NCBI RefSeq assembly: GCF_001194135.2
Contig: NC_069005.1
Location: 20,477,839 to 20,517,962 of the forward strand
DNA length: 40,124 nucleotides
DNA from: Octopus bimaculoides
Taxonomy: Eukaryota
Reading direction: 5' to 3'
The notes under the pieces are model-generated. The model ran no database searches. It was not told the origin of the DNA and worked only from the letters and a program-made list of their open reading frames with translations. The position numbers and the translations under genes are program-made. Below are positions 22,206-32,321 of this stretch, piece after piece. Each line of letters starts with the position of its first letter. Position 1 is the stretch's first letter.

Positions 22206-22291
22206 GAATCAAAGACTCCAAATTCTTCACATTGGCTCTCTTTAGACCTGTGTACACGTTCCCCCTTACTTTCTTTCAATCCAAAAGACAA

Positions 22292-22639
22292 ATGGTCACT
22301 TTATTTCTGCCTTTGCCCATCTTACGGCGATGTTTATCCCTCGTTTTCCTTTTCTCGTCTTTCGTCTTCTTTGTAAATTGTTCCACTGATGGAAGAACAA
22401 CAACGAAAGGAATCGTCATACGACATTTACTGTCGCAGACAGCATCTACGGACTTAGAAGGTAGAAGTTCGCATCCGACCGAAGAAGCCCCAGTTGGTCT
22501 ACTAGTCAGCACCGCTGCCGCCTCTGCTACCACCATTACTACTACTACCACCACACCCAGCGACGTTAATGCGGGTGGTGATAGTGGTTTTGGTGGCGCT
22601 TGGGGTGGGGTTTGGCCCAGGAACCACTTCGAAGGTGTG
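22292..22639 (+). CDS. MMP: Matrix metalloproteinase, coding exon 1 (signal peptide plus Thr/Ser/Gly-rich N-terminal extension, 116 aa)
   Basis: First in-frame ATG after an upstream TAA, in a strong context (gacaaATGG). Translation MVTLFLPLPILRRCLSLVFLFSSFVFFVNCS... has signal-peptide n/h/c organisation. It ends at GTG|gtaagt, phase 0, which joins exon 2 in frame (…NHFEGV|NYLIRYGYL). A phase-0 intron just before the YLxxYGYL motif is typical of MMP genes. The symbol is family-level only; the orthologue is not determined. Confidence 0.8.
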
Positions 22640-22657
22640 GTAAGTCCAATATTTTAA

Positions 22658-22693
<36 letters not shown>

Positions 22694-23769
22694 GCCAAAT
22701 CTCTTTCCAATCATATCTTATTCTCTCCCCCCACCTTTTAAATGGACATATTAGATAATGTGGGCCTGGGTTTCCTGCACATACCAAAAAGATTGGATGG
22801 TCACGACTGTATAGTCTTTGGTTATATATTTACTCGAACAGGATTGACCTGGACAAAACAAAACAACAACGACTCTTGTGTAGCGATTGTTCAGCCCCTT
22901 GTTACCATGGCGTAGCGCGGGGTGTGCGGGCAGCACAGAGGGACCACTTTATTACACATGCGTTTTGCTGTATGTAGTTGGAGAGGGAAACCAATTTGGT
23001 TATTGCAGAGGACGGCCAAAACGCACGCTGCTCCACCGACTCCATTCCGGTCTCTCTTCAGAACACAAGAAATTGAAAAGTGGCAGCCAAACTGAAAAGA
23101 TATTTATATCATCCAAAACAGTCTTTCCCATTTTCCTAAAGAGAGAAAGGGTGTGAGGTGAGAGATTTGGCTGCTATTTCTAGCAGGTCGAGTGGCCTCA
23201 TGAAGACTACCACGTTTGTTATTGTTGTTATTTAGCCACTGGTCAGCTCTTATCGAGCAGAGTTATGATTAAAGGCGCTCACACTGTCACGCCTGCATCT
23301 AAGAGAATTTAATAGATTACATTTTAACAATCTGCGCGTGACAGCAGTGTTGCTTTCCTTGAAATTAATTAATCATTAAGATTATGTGTACTTCGTTTTT
23401 CTACTCACTACAGACGTAATTTGTAGTAAATTCACATATCTGCCTCTATTATGTATGCTAGCATCCACTTAATGCTTTTGTTTTACATGCAGAGGGGGAC
23501 CCTGCAGCCCTATTGCATCTCCTTCTCACTCCCGTAGTTGTTAGCTTGGATGTTGCTGATGTTATAACTATTATTTAGTTGTGCTTGTTGTTTAGCCCTG
23601 GGTCAGCTACAATCCAGTAGATATTATGATCAAAGTGGTGCCCCAGCATGGCCACAGTCCAGTGACTGAAGCAAGTAAAAGAGAACCTACTTTATATTTC
23701 TTCAGAAGTGGTGTGAGTGGTGTATCTAGTGTGATACACATCTAATGTGACTTTCCATTTATGAAAGAC

Positions 23770-24745
23770 AATAGAGTATACCATTTAATGTCCTCCTTTC
23801 ATGGTTTGAACAGAACTGTCTACTTTGGTATGGCTTTTACAGCTGGATGCCATTCCTAACACCAACCACTTTACAAAGTGTACTGGGCGCTTTTTATGTG
23901 GCACCAGCATTGATGAGGATACCCAGTAACTTGCAAGACAAAACCCCTTGAGTGAGCAAGGAGTAGTATCAAGGGAGGTGGCTTTATGCCAGGTGATGAG
24001 GATTAGGGTATGTTGTTGTTGGCACTCCGTCGCTTACGACGTCGAGGGTTCCAGTTGATCTGATCAATGGAACAGCCTGCTCGTGAAATTAACGTGCAAG
24101 TGGCTGAGCACTCCACAGACACGTGTACCCTTAACGTAGTTCTCGGGGATATTCAGCATGACACAGTGTGACAAGGCTGACCCTTTATATTACAGGCACA
24201 ACCGAAACAGGAAGAAAGAGTGAGAGAAAGTTGTATTGGAGCCTCGTGGAGCTTTTAGGTGTTTTCGCTCAATAAACACTCACAATGCCCGGTCTGGGAA
24301 TCGAAACTGCGATCCTATGACCGTGAGTTCGCTGCCCTAACCACTGGGCCATTGCGCCTCCTAAAGAGGGACAGAAATAGGTGTTTTGCAGTATAGGAGA
24401 TACATAGGTATCTCAGTTAGAGAGAGAGAGAGGAAAGGGGAGAGATGATGATGTGATGGGGCATACACTCAAGTTACGGGGGGGGGGGGTATAAGTCAAG
24501 TGGAACCAAGAAGTGGGTAGGTAAAGTTAGTGAGATTGCAAAAAGGAGAGTTAGAGATGTAAGAAAGGGGGAGATATGTAGTGAGTGGGCACAGGTAGAG
24601 GGAGGGGGTGTTGGGAGGATATGTTATGGGGAAAAGATTTGACAGGGACATATTGTATGCAGGTAGGTTTGTGAAGATGCAAAGGGAGAGTGGGAGATAG
24701 TGGGGAGGGGAATACAGCAAGTGGTATGTGTGTGTGTGTGTGTAC
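23770..24745 (-). mobile_element. RTE LINE long 3'UTR and tail, split by a SINE B insertion
   Basis: Removing 24011-24361 restores continuity with the + strand copy at 30160-30395 (acctatttctgtccctct|…ctcatcacctggcataaagcca…gtcttgcaag…ggtgcca…aaaaa…agtacact). Confidence 0.75.
24011..24361 (-). mobile_element. SINE family B, near full length, internal deletion of about 40 bp
   Basis: Reverse complement of 19139-19523 lacking gataggggatggtggcaaaccttgctgtactctttcacc. Confidence 0.9.
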
Positions 24746-24748
24746 ATA

Positions 24749-24948
24749 TCTTTTCCTTGTTTCAGTCATTTGACTGTGGCCATGCTGTAGCACTGCCTTT
24801 AGTCATGCAAATCGACCCCAGGACTTATTCTTTGTAAGCCTAGTACTTATTCTATCAGTCTCTTTTGCCGAACTGCTAAGTTACGGGGACGTAAACACAC
24901 CAGCATCGGTTGCCAAGCGATGTTAGGGGGACAAACATAGACACACAA

Positions 24949-24991
<43 letters not shown>

Positions 24992-25195
24992 AACATATAT
25001 ACGACGGGCTTCTTTCAGTTTCCATCTACCAAATCCACTCACAAATCTTTGGTCGGCCCGAGGCTATAGTAGAAGACACTTGCCCAAGGTGCCACGCAGT
25101 GGGAATGAACCCGGAACCATGTGGTTGGTAAGCAAGCTACTTACCACACAGCCACTCCTGCACCTACTCTTACCACACAGCCACTCCTGCGCCTA
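24749..25195 (-). mobile_element. SINE family A, full length, with duplicated 5' end
   Basis: Complete reverse-complement copy. CTTACCACACAGCCACTCCTGC is repeated at 25140 and 25169. Confidence 0.9.
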
Positions 25196-25829
25196 TATAT
25201 ATAAAGTCATATTTAGCATGTTTGGGTATATTTGGACATGATAAAACCTTTTACTGCAGACATAGTCCCAAGAAAAAATTCTTTGTCTAGACACGTGAAA
25301 ACTTTTGGAGGGGGTGGAGATGAATGAGTGTCTGCAAATGACATCGTTGGGTTGTAGGATGCATACATTTCTGCAGCATTTCACTTTGTCAGCTACGAAA
25401 ACTAAACCTGACATTCATAGCCTGAATAAGAACCAAATTATTCTCATTAAAACAGCATACAGAATATTTGCTGATGTGCATACAACTTGGTCAAGCTAGG
25501 GTTAAACAAATAAGGTAACATAAAGAAGTGTTAAATAAAACAAAAAATTGTTTAAAGTCATGTTTAACACGTTTTAGTGTATTTGCACATGATAATACCT
25601 TTTGCTGCAGAAATAGCCCCAGAAGAAAATTCTTCACCAAGATGTATGTGAAAACACTGTTTCTCTTTGTTGGTGGTGGTGGGGAGTGACAAGCTGTGAA
25701 TTGTGTCATTGGGTCATAGGACAATAAACTATATTCACCTTCAATAATTTGTGCTTCTGTGTCAGTGTGAGATTTGAACTGAGGCTATATTTGAAATCAT
25801 TTAACGTAACTAGCACTCCATTGGTTACA

Positions 25830-26130
25830 ACAATAAGTGTTCTAGCTGATCTGATCACCAGAGCAGTCTGCTTGTGAGATTAATGTGCAAGAGGATGAGC
25901 ACTCTACAGACACACATACCCTTAAAATAGTTCTTGGGGAGATTCAGCGTGACACAGAATGCAACAAGGCTGGTTCATTGAATTACTGGTACAACTTACT
26001 TTTGCCAGCTGAGTGGACTGGAGCAATGTGAAATAAAGTGTGTTGCTCAAGGACACAACATGCCACCAGGTATTGAACACACAACCTTATGATCGTAAGC
26101 TGAATATCTTAACCATTAAGCTATGTACTT
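25830..26130 (-). mobile_element. SINE sharing head and tail with family B but with a different central domain; partial + strand copy about 26650-26830
   Basis: Tail about 80% similar to 24050-24200. The central domain gttgtgtccttgagcaacacactttatttcacattgctccagtccactcagctgg recurs at 26673-26729. Confidence 0.75.
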
Positions 26131-26443
26131 TCACTGAAATCATGTATTAAAGTGGCTCCTTTATTGGATGAGAAGCCTGCATGAAGAAATGTATTATGAT
26201 TTCAATCATCAGTGTTTGACTGCTTTGTTTAGCTGAAAGCCACACCCTTCTGTCCATTGTAGTTTTCATGACCAATTGTGGTCCAATACTCACCAGTGGG
26301 TCTTGAACTGTAACAACTGCTGCAAGGCATCCTGTCCAATGCACTAAGAATTCCAATGATCTACAACCTACCTTGGATTGGTACTTGAATTATTGATCCC
26401 TGAAAAGATCAAAGGCAAATCAATGCAGGAGGGATATAAATTC

Positions 26444-26500
<57 letters not shown>

Positions 26501-27326
26501 GAGAGAGAGGCAGACACACAGACAAAGACAGACAGACAGACAGACAGACAGACGGAGACAGAGAGAGCAGCAGCAACAAATGCTGCAAAGTATTTTATCT
26601 GATGTTTTAATGATGTTGCTGATTTGTTGTGAGGTCAATACTAACCAAATACCTTATATGGACTGGCCGATGTGTTGTGTTCTTGAGCAAAGCACTTCAT
26701 TTCACATTGCTCCAGTCCACTCAGCTGGTCAAAATGAGTGGCCCTGTGATGAACAAGCATCCCATCCATGGAGGAATATATATGCCAGTGAAACTTGGAA
26801 ACTGGTCCTCTGCTCCTTATGGAATAAGGGGGACTAACCAACCTCATATGTACATGAAACAGCAAATATGATTAGCTATATGATGACAAATGTTAACCAA
26901 GTCATTGCTTATGTGCAGATCCACAATGGAATACTACTCTCGTATCTAGGGTAGTGTTGATGCTATGAATACAGCCATTCTGGGCTATATCTAAATTTAA
27001 AGCCATTTGGTTGGGTGGAACACTACCACTTATCAACATACTCCAAACTCTAGCCCACAGAATGCTGTATCTTCAATATTCCCCTTTTACCATTACTACA
27101 AAAGCCTTTGTTCCTGAGGTCAAGAGTCTCAAAAGAAGTGTAAACTGCCCCAAATACAACATCAATAGTGCCACAGATAGAAGTGAACACATTGTTCCAG
27201 CATATGAAGTCTCCCAGAAGGTCGAGAATCTCCCTAAAACAGGTCAATTGTTCCCTGGAACATAAGACTATAAAACCACAAATTTTATTTCCTTCATTGA
27301 TTTGCCTTTTTATTCTTTTATTCTAG

Positions 27327-27453
27327 AATTATCTAATACGGTATGGTTACCTCCATCCTGGTTACGGGTGGTTCCTTGGAAATACTGAAGCCAAAATTGA
27401 ACTCCAAGCTGCTCTCCAGAGATACCAAAGGGTTGCAGGAATAACTGTTACAG
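27327..27453 (+). CDS. MMP: Matrix metalloproteinase, exon 2 (pro-domain, peptidoglycan-binding-like helices)
   Basis: Pyrimidine tract ending ttctag|, then NYLIRYGYLHPGYGWFLGNTEAKIELQAALQRYQRVAGITVT-G, then |gttaga. 127 nt, phase 0 to 1. Matches the MMP pro-domain pattern YLxxYGYL…AxxxxQxxxGxxxTG. Confidence 0.92.
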
Positions 27454-27644
27454 GTTAGACTTGTATTTTTTATTGATTTTTACTGATTTTTATTGATTGT
27501 CATTGATTTTTTTATTAGTTATTTACATTTTAAGAATCTTTATTGACTTTTGTCCATTATTATTGATGTTGTTGGTTGCTATGGTTTCTTATATATGGAG
27601 AAAACCCAAACTAAATGGTAGTTGGGAGCATTTGCCATGAATCT

Positions 27645-27841
27645 TGGGGCACTGCCTTGAATTTTTAATCAAATGAATCGACCTCAGTACTTAACTTTTT
27701 CTATTGGTCTCTTTGGCTGAATGCTAAGTTATGGGGATGTAAGCACCCCAACACCAGTTGTCAAGTGGTGGTGGGAGACAAACACAGATATGAAGACAAA
27801 CACACAGATGTATAAACACACACATATATATAAATATACAA

Positions 27842-27872
<31 letters not shown>

Positions 27873-27880
27873 TATATACA

Positions 27881-27914
<34 letters not shown>

Positions 27915-27916
27915 CA

Positions 27917-27952
<36 letters not shown>

Positions 27953-28405
27953 NNNNNNNNNNNNNNNNNNNNNNNNNNNNNNNNNNNNNNNNNNNNNNNN
28001 NNNNNNNNNNNNNNNNNNNNNNNNNNNNNNNNNNNNNNNNNNNNNNNNNNNNNNNNNNNNNNNNNNNNNNNNNNNNNNNNNNNNNNNNNNNNNNNNNNNN
28101 NNNNNNNNNNNNNNNNNNNNNNNNNNNNNNNNNNNNNNNNNNNNNNNNNNNNNNNNNNNNNNNNNNNNNNNNNNNNNNNNNNNNNNNNNNNNNNNNNNNN
28201 NNNNNNNNNNNNNNNNNNNNNNNNNNNNNNNNNNNNNNNNNNNNNNNNNNNNNNNNNNNNNNNNNNNNNNNNNNNNNNNNNNNNNNNNNNNNNNNNNNNN
28301 NNNNNNNNNNNNNNNNNNNNNNNNNNNNNNNNNNNNNNNNNNNNNNNNNNNTTATATATATATACAATGAGCTTCTTTCAGTTTCCATATACCAAATCCA
28401 CCCCT
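27645..28405 (-). mobile_element. SINE family A spanning an N-gap
   Basis: The 3' half lies before the gap (ggggcactgccttg…gctaagttatggggatgtaa…ccagttgtcaagtgg) and the head-side piece after it (gagcttctttcagtttccatataccaaatccac). Confidence 0.7.
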
Positions 28406-28874
28406 TAGGCTTTGAAAATTAATACCTCATATGTTTATGCCTGATCTACATGTCACCAGGTCACAAACATTCTCCAACCTCATGCCCAAAAGTGTACTGT
28501 CTCTTCTGTCTGCCTTTTCTTGCACTATTATAATGAGCTTAGTTAGCTCTTTGAACCTGACTATGTTCATAATACCTCCACCCAAGCATTCCTGACCCAT
28601 TTGTTTCTCCTATTCTCATCACCGTTATTGTGTCCATCCTGAAAGGAGTTGACTTACAAAAGTTCAAGAGGAACCATTAATGATATAAATCTTATCAGCC
28701 CAGGAGAGGGCCTGTGAAAGAATGGACATTGTCCCTTCCTCCTAACCCAAGCAAGTAAAATAAATATGCTAAGGTATGTCTGTTATGTGCATGTATGAGT
28801 GTTTTGCAACTGGTGTGTACAAAGTGTCAGTTACCTAAAATAACGAAGTAATTAATAATTATGTTCAGTGTCAT

Positions 28875-29040
28875 TCATCATCATCATCATCGTCGTTTAA
28901 CGTCCGCTTTCCATGCTAGCATGGGTTGGACGACTTGACTGAGGACTGGTGAAACCGGATGGCAACACCAGGCTCCAATCTAAATTTGGCAGAGTTTCTA
29001 CAGCTGGATGCCCTTCCTAACGCCAACCACTCAGAGAGTG
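28875..29040 (-). mobile_element. RTE LINE 3' tail
   Basis: (CAT)n-cgtttaacgtccgctttccatgctagcatgggttggac…cagctggatgcccttcctaacgccaaccact. Confidence 0.9.
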
Positions 29041-29139
29041 TCATTACAGGAAAAAATTTGCCCAACAAAATTGGGGAACCTGTCATAGTTATGTCTATGT
29101 GTCACCAAGCTATATACATAGATGCTACATTCATTTCTT

Positions 29140-30051
29140 TGCAGTGGCAGAGAATGTTCTGAAAGTATTGTTGTTAGAACGGCAAAAGGCTGGAAGAAGT
29201 TCAGAGAGCTATTACAACAAAAGGCCTCTCTCTCTCAGATTGAAAGGCAATTGTATTATGCTTGTGTATGAAGGGATATACTCCATGGTAGTGAGATGTG
29301 GGTCCTGAATGCAGAGGGCATGTGAAGACTGGAGAGGAATGAAGTTAGTATGCTATGATGGATATGCAACATCAGTGTGCATATGTGACAAATTGCAAAT
29401 GAGAAAAGTTGAGCATAAGAAGAATCAGATTTGGCATGCAAGAGAGCAGAATAACATTGGTTTGGACATCTGATGTGTATGGATGAAGACAACTGTATAG
29501 AGAAGTATCAATTACTTAAAGCAGATGGCACCCGTGGAAGAAAGAGGTCCGTGAGGACATAGAATGAAGTAATGAGGGCTGATCTCAAGATACTGAGCCT
29601 CATAGAAATGATGACAATGGATTTAGATATCTAAAGATATGAGGTTTTTGAGAAGACCCACCCACCTCAGCAAAACGAGTTCTAGAAGTATTTACGCATT
29701 ATATTAATTCACAGACCCTACCCCAATGAACCAAACTGTATCTTTTCTTCATGCACTATGCTTTTCTCTCTTGACACTCCTGCAGTCCAACATCACTCTA
29801 TCGTCTTTCTCTCATATCCCCATCATTGCCAACAGTATCATTGCTATCCTATTTATTTGTGTATATACTTATGTTTCACCACTCCCCTATATACTTGTGC
29901 TTCACCACTCATTGTATTCCCTCTTTCCTTCCCCTCTCCCCTCCCCCACCTTACACTCTTGTGAATTCCCTGCTCATGCACCCTGTCCAATCCTCTACCA
30001 CTCCATTTACATTCACCATCTTGTACCTTGAGGGAATGCCCTGGCATATTA

Positions 30052-30112
<61 letters not shown>

Positions 30113-30395
30113 CCTCTCTCCCCCCTCTCTCTTTCTCCTCCTCTCTCTTATCTCTCTCTGACTGGGGCAACCGTGTATCTTCTCTACAGCAAAATACCTG
30201 TTTCGGTTCCTCTATCATAGTTTAATTTCTCATCATCTGGCAAAAAGCCATCTCAATACCACTCCCCACACTCACTTGAAGGGTCTTTGTCTTGCAAATC
30301 ACTTGGTGGCCTCACTGTGTTGGTGCCATGTAAAAACCACCTAGTACACTCTGTAAAGCAGTTAGCATTATGAAGGGCACCCAACCATAGAAACC
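29140..30395 (+). mobile_element. Decayed RTE LINE: RT C-terminus plus pyrimidine-rich 3'UTR
   Basis: 29220-29660 is homologous to 15370-15810 (ggcctctc-ctcaga-t-aaagg…LHGSEMW…WFGHL…). The 3'UTR matches 23770-24745. Confidence 0.8.
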
Positions 30396-30460
30396 TTACA
30401 GGGAAACTGAACCCAAGACCATATGATTGGGAAAGAAGATTCTTAACCACACAGCCATAT

Positions 30461-30506
<46 letters not shown>

Positions 30507-30673
30507 NNNNNNNNNNNNNNNNNNNNNNNNNNNNNNNNNNNNNNNNNNNNNNNNNNNNNNNNNNNNNNNNGTTAACATATATGTATATGTACACATACAA
30601 ACAAACAAACACACACACACACACATCTGTATGTACATGTTAACATATATGTATATGTACACATACAAACAAA

Positions 30674-30710
<37 letters not shown>

Positions 30711-30771
30711 CACACACACACAGACACACACACACACACACACATGTCATCTTCATCTTGTAATATATATA

Positions 30772-31590
30772 CCTGTAACATCCCAAAATTAAGGCAACCA
30801 ACTTTTTTCAATTTTTCCAAAAGGAAAATATATTTTGAGCCTGAACATTGCAATGCAAAGGTAAAGGAAACACAATTATATGACACTACCATATTTATTC
30901 GATATGACCATCTCTGCTTCAAATCACAACCTTAAGTCTAGATGCAAATGCTTCATACATGACACACAGCTGTTCTTGTGGAATTGAAGTTCATTCCTGG
31001 TGCAGTTTTGCCTTCAGAGCATTGAGCAAAGAATGAGGATTGCTTGAGAGCTCGTTTCCAAAATGGTTGAGATCTGGGCTGCTTGAGGGCCATACATCCT
31101 TGCCTATGAACGACGAAATATTTTCCTGAATCCAGTGTTATGTCTGTTTGGAGCTGTGGGATGGCGCTGAGTCTTGTTGGAAGCTCTAAGGTGAGCCTTG
31201 AAAGTGCATATTTGCCCATGGAAGCAGTTCAGCTTCCAGAATGTTACCGATGTATCACTGGGTGCTAATTTTAACACTCAAGGGCACAAAAATGAGGTGA
31301 GACCTTTCAGTGGCTCTCATAGCTGCCCAAACCTTAACTGACAGTGGATTTTGATGTCGATTTATAAGTATACCCTCGACAGAACCAGACACACCTTAAT
31401 GTCAGTCATTCTGGCTGTTCGATGTCAAATTTCTTTTCATCAGTAAACACCAGGTTGGGCAGTGTGCCTTCAGCAATCTGATGCAGGATAAGACGACTTC
31501 TCTCCAGTCTCATGGCCTTAAAAACTTGCATGAGCTCATGATGGTGGATCATCTTGTAGGGGTGGGTTCGGAGATCCTCCTTCAGCACTC
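30772..31590 (-). mobile_element. maT/DD37D-like Tc1-mariner transposon, 3' two-thirds, decayed
   Basis: Minus strand reads LRTHPYK…LVFTDEKKFDIEQ…NSQND…VWAAM…FQQDSAPSH…WIQENISSFIGKDVWPSSSPDLN, then a small deletion. A P-L-D continuation would give 37-residue spacing. The terminal …cccaaaattaaggcaacc lies next to TA. Confidence 0.8.
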
Positions 31591-31624
31591 AATACATCGA
31601 TGTTTGACTTATTATGTATATAGA

Positions 31625-31793
31625 CGTAGGAGTGGCTGTGTGGTAAGAAGCTTGCTTACCAACCACATGGTTTCAGGTTCAGTCCCAATGCGTGGCACCT
31701 TAGGCAAGTGTCTTCTACTATAGCCTCAGGCTGACCAAAGCCTTGTGAGTAGATTTGGTAGATGGAAACTGAAAGAAGCCCGTCGTATATATG

Positions 31794-31826
<33 letters not shown>
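31625..31826 (+). mobile_element. SINE family A, 5' half into gap
   Basis: gacgtaggagtggctgtgtggtaagaagc…gaaactgaaagaagcccgtcgtatat. Confidence 0.9.
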
Positions 31827-32209
31827 NNNNNNNNNNNNNNNNNNNNNNNNNNNNNNNNNNNNNNNNNNNNNNNNNNNNNNNNNNNNNNNNNNNNNNNNNN
31901 NNNNNNNNNNNNNNNNNNNNNNNNNNNNNNNNNNNNNNNNNNNNNNNNNNNNNNNNNNNNNNNNNNNNNNNNNNNNNNNNNNNNNNNNNNNNNNNNNNNN
32001 NNNNNNNNNNNNNNNNNNNNNNNNNNNNNNNNNNNNNNNNNNNNNNNNNNNNNNNNNNNNNNNNNNNNNNNNNNNNNNNNNNNNNNNNNNNNNNNNNNNN
32101 NNNNNNNNNNNNNNNNNNNNATATCATTTCATACATTGTTGTTGTTCTTTCTGTTTGGCCAAATGTAGTTACATGGCGCCTTCTCTTACTTCATCCAGGA
32201 AACTGTAGG

Positions 32210-32321
32210 TTCTGAAAGTGTTGTTCTGAGAGTGTCGTTCTGAAAGTGTTCTTCTGAAAGTGTTCTTCTGAAAGTGTTCTTCTGAAAGTGTTCTTCTGAA
32301 AGTGTTCTTCTGAAAGTGTTC
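32210..32321. repeat. Minisatellite, 8 x 14 bp (TTCTGAAAGTGTTC)
   Basis: Units start at 32210, 32224, 32238 and so on to 32308. The first two are degenerate and the last six are perfect. Confidence 0.95.

Noticed and set aside
21440-22290. AP-1 or TATA promoter elements expected for an MMP
   Set aside because: Only imperfect TGAGTAA (about 21465, 22040) and TGATGTCA (about 21481) motifs, no canonical TGAGTCA, and the TSS is unknown.
27011-27265. 84-aa + strand ORF just upstream of MMP exon 2, a possible extra exon
   Set aside because: No suitable splice sites in a compatible phase and no MMP-like content. Exon 1 joins exon 2 in frame without it.
30571-30700. 68-bp tandem duplication next to an N-gap
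   Set aside because: Low-complexity and gap-adjacent, so likely slippage or an assembly artefact.
32210-32321. Possible CRISPR-like array (also 9321-9380)
   Set aside because: Head-to-tail units with no spacers, in a eukaryotic context with no cas genes.
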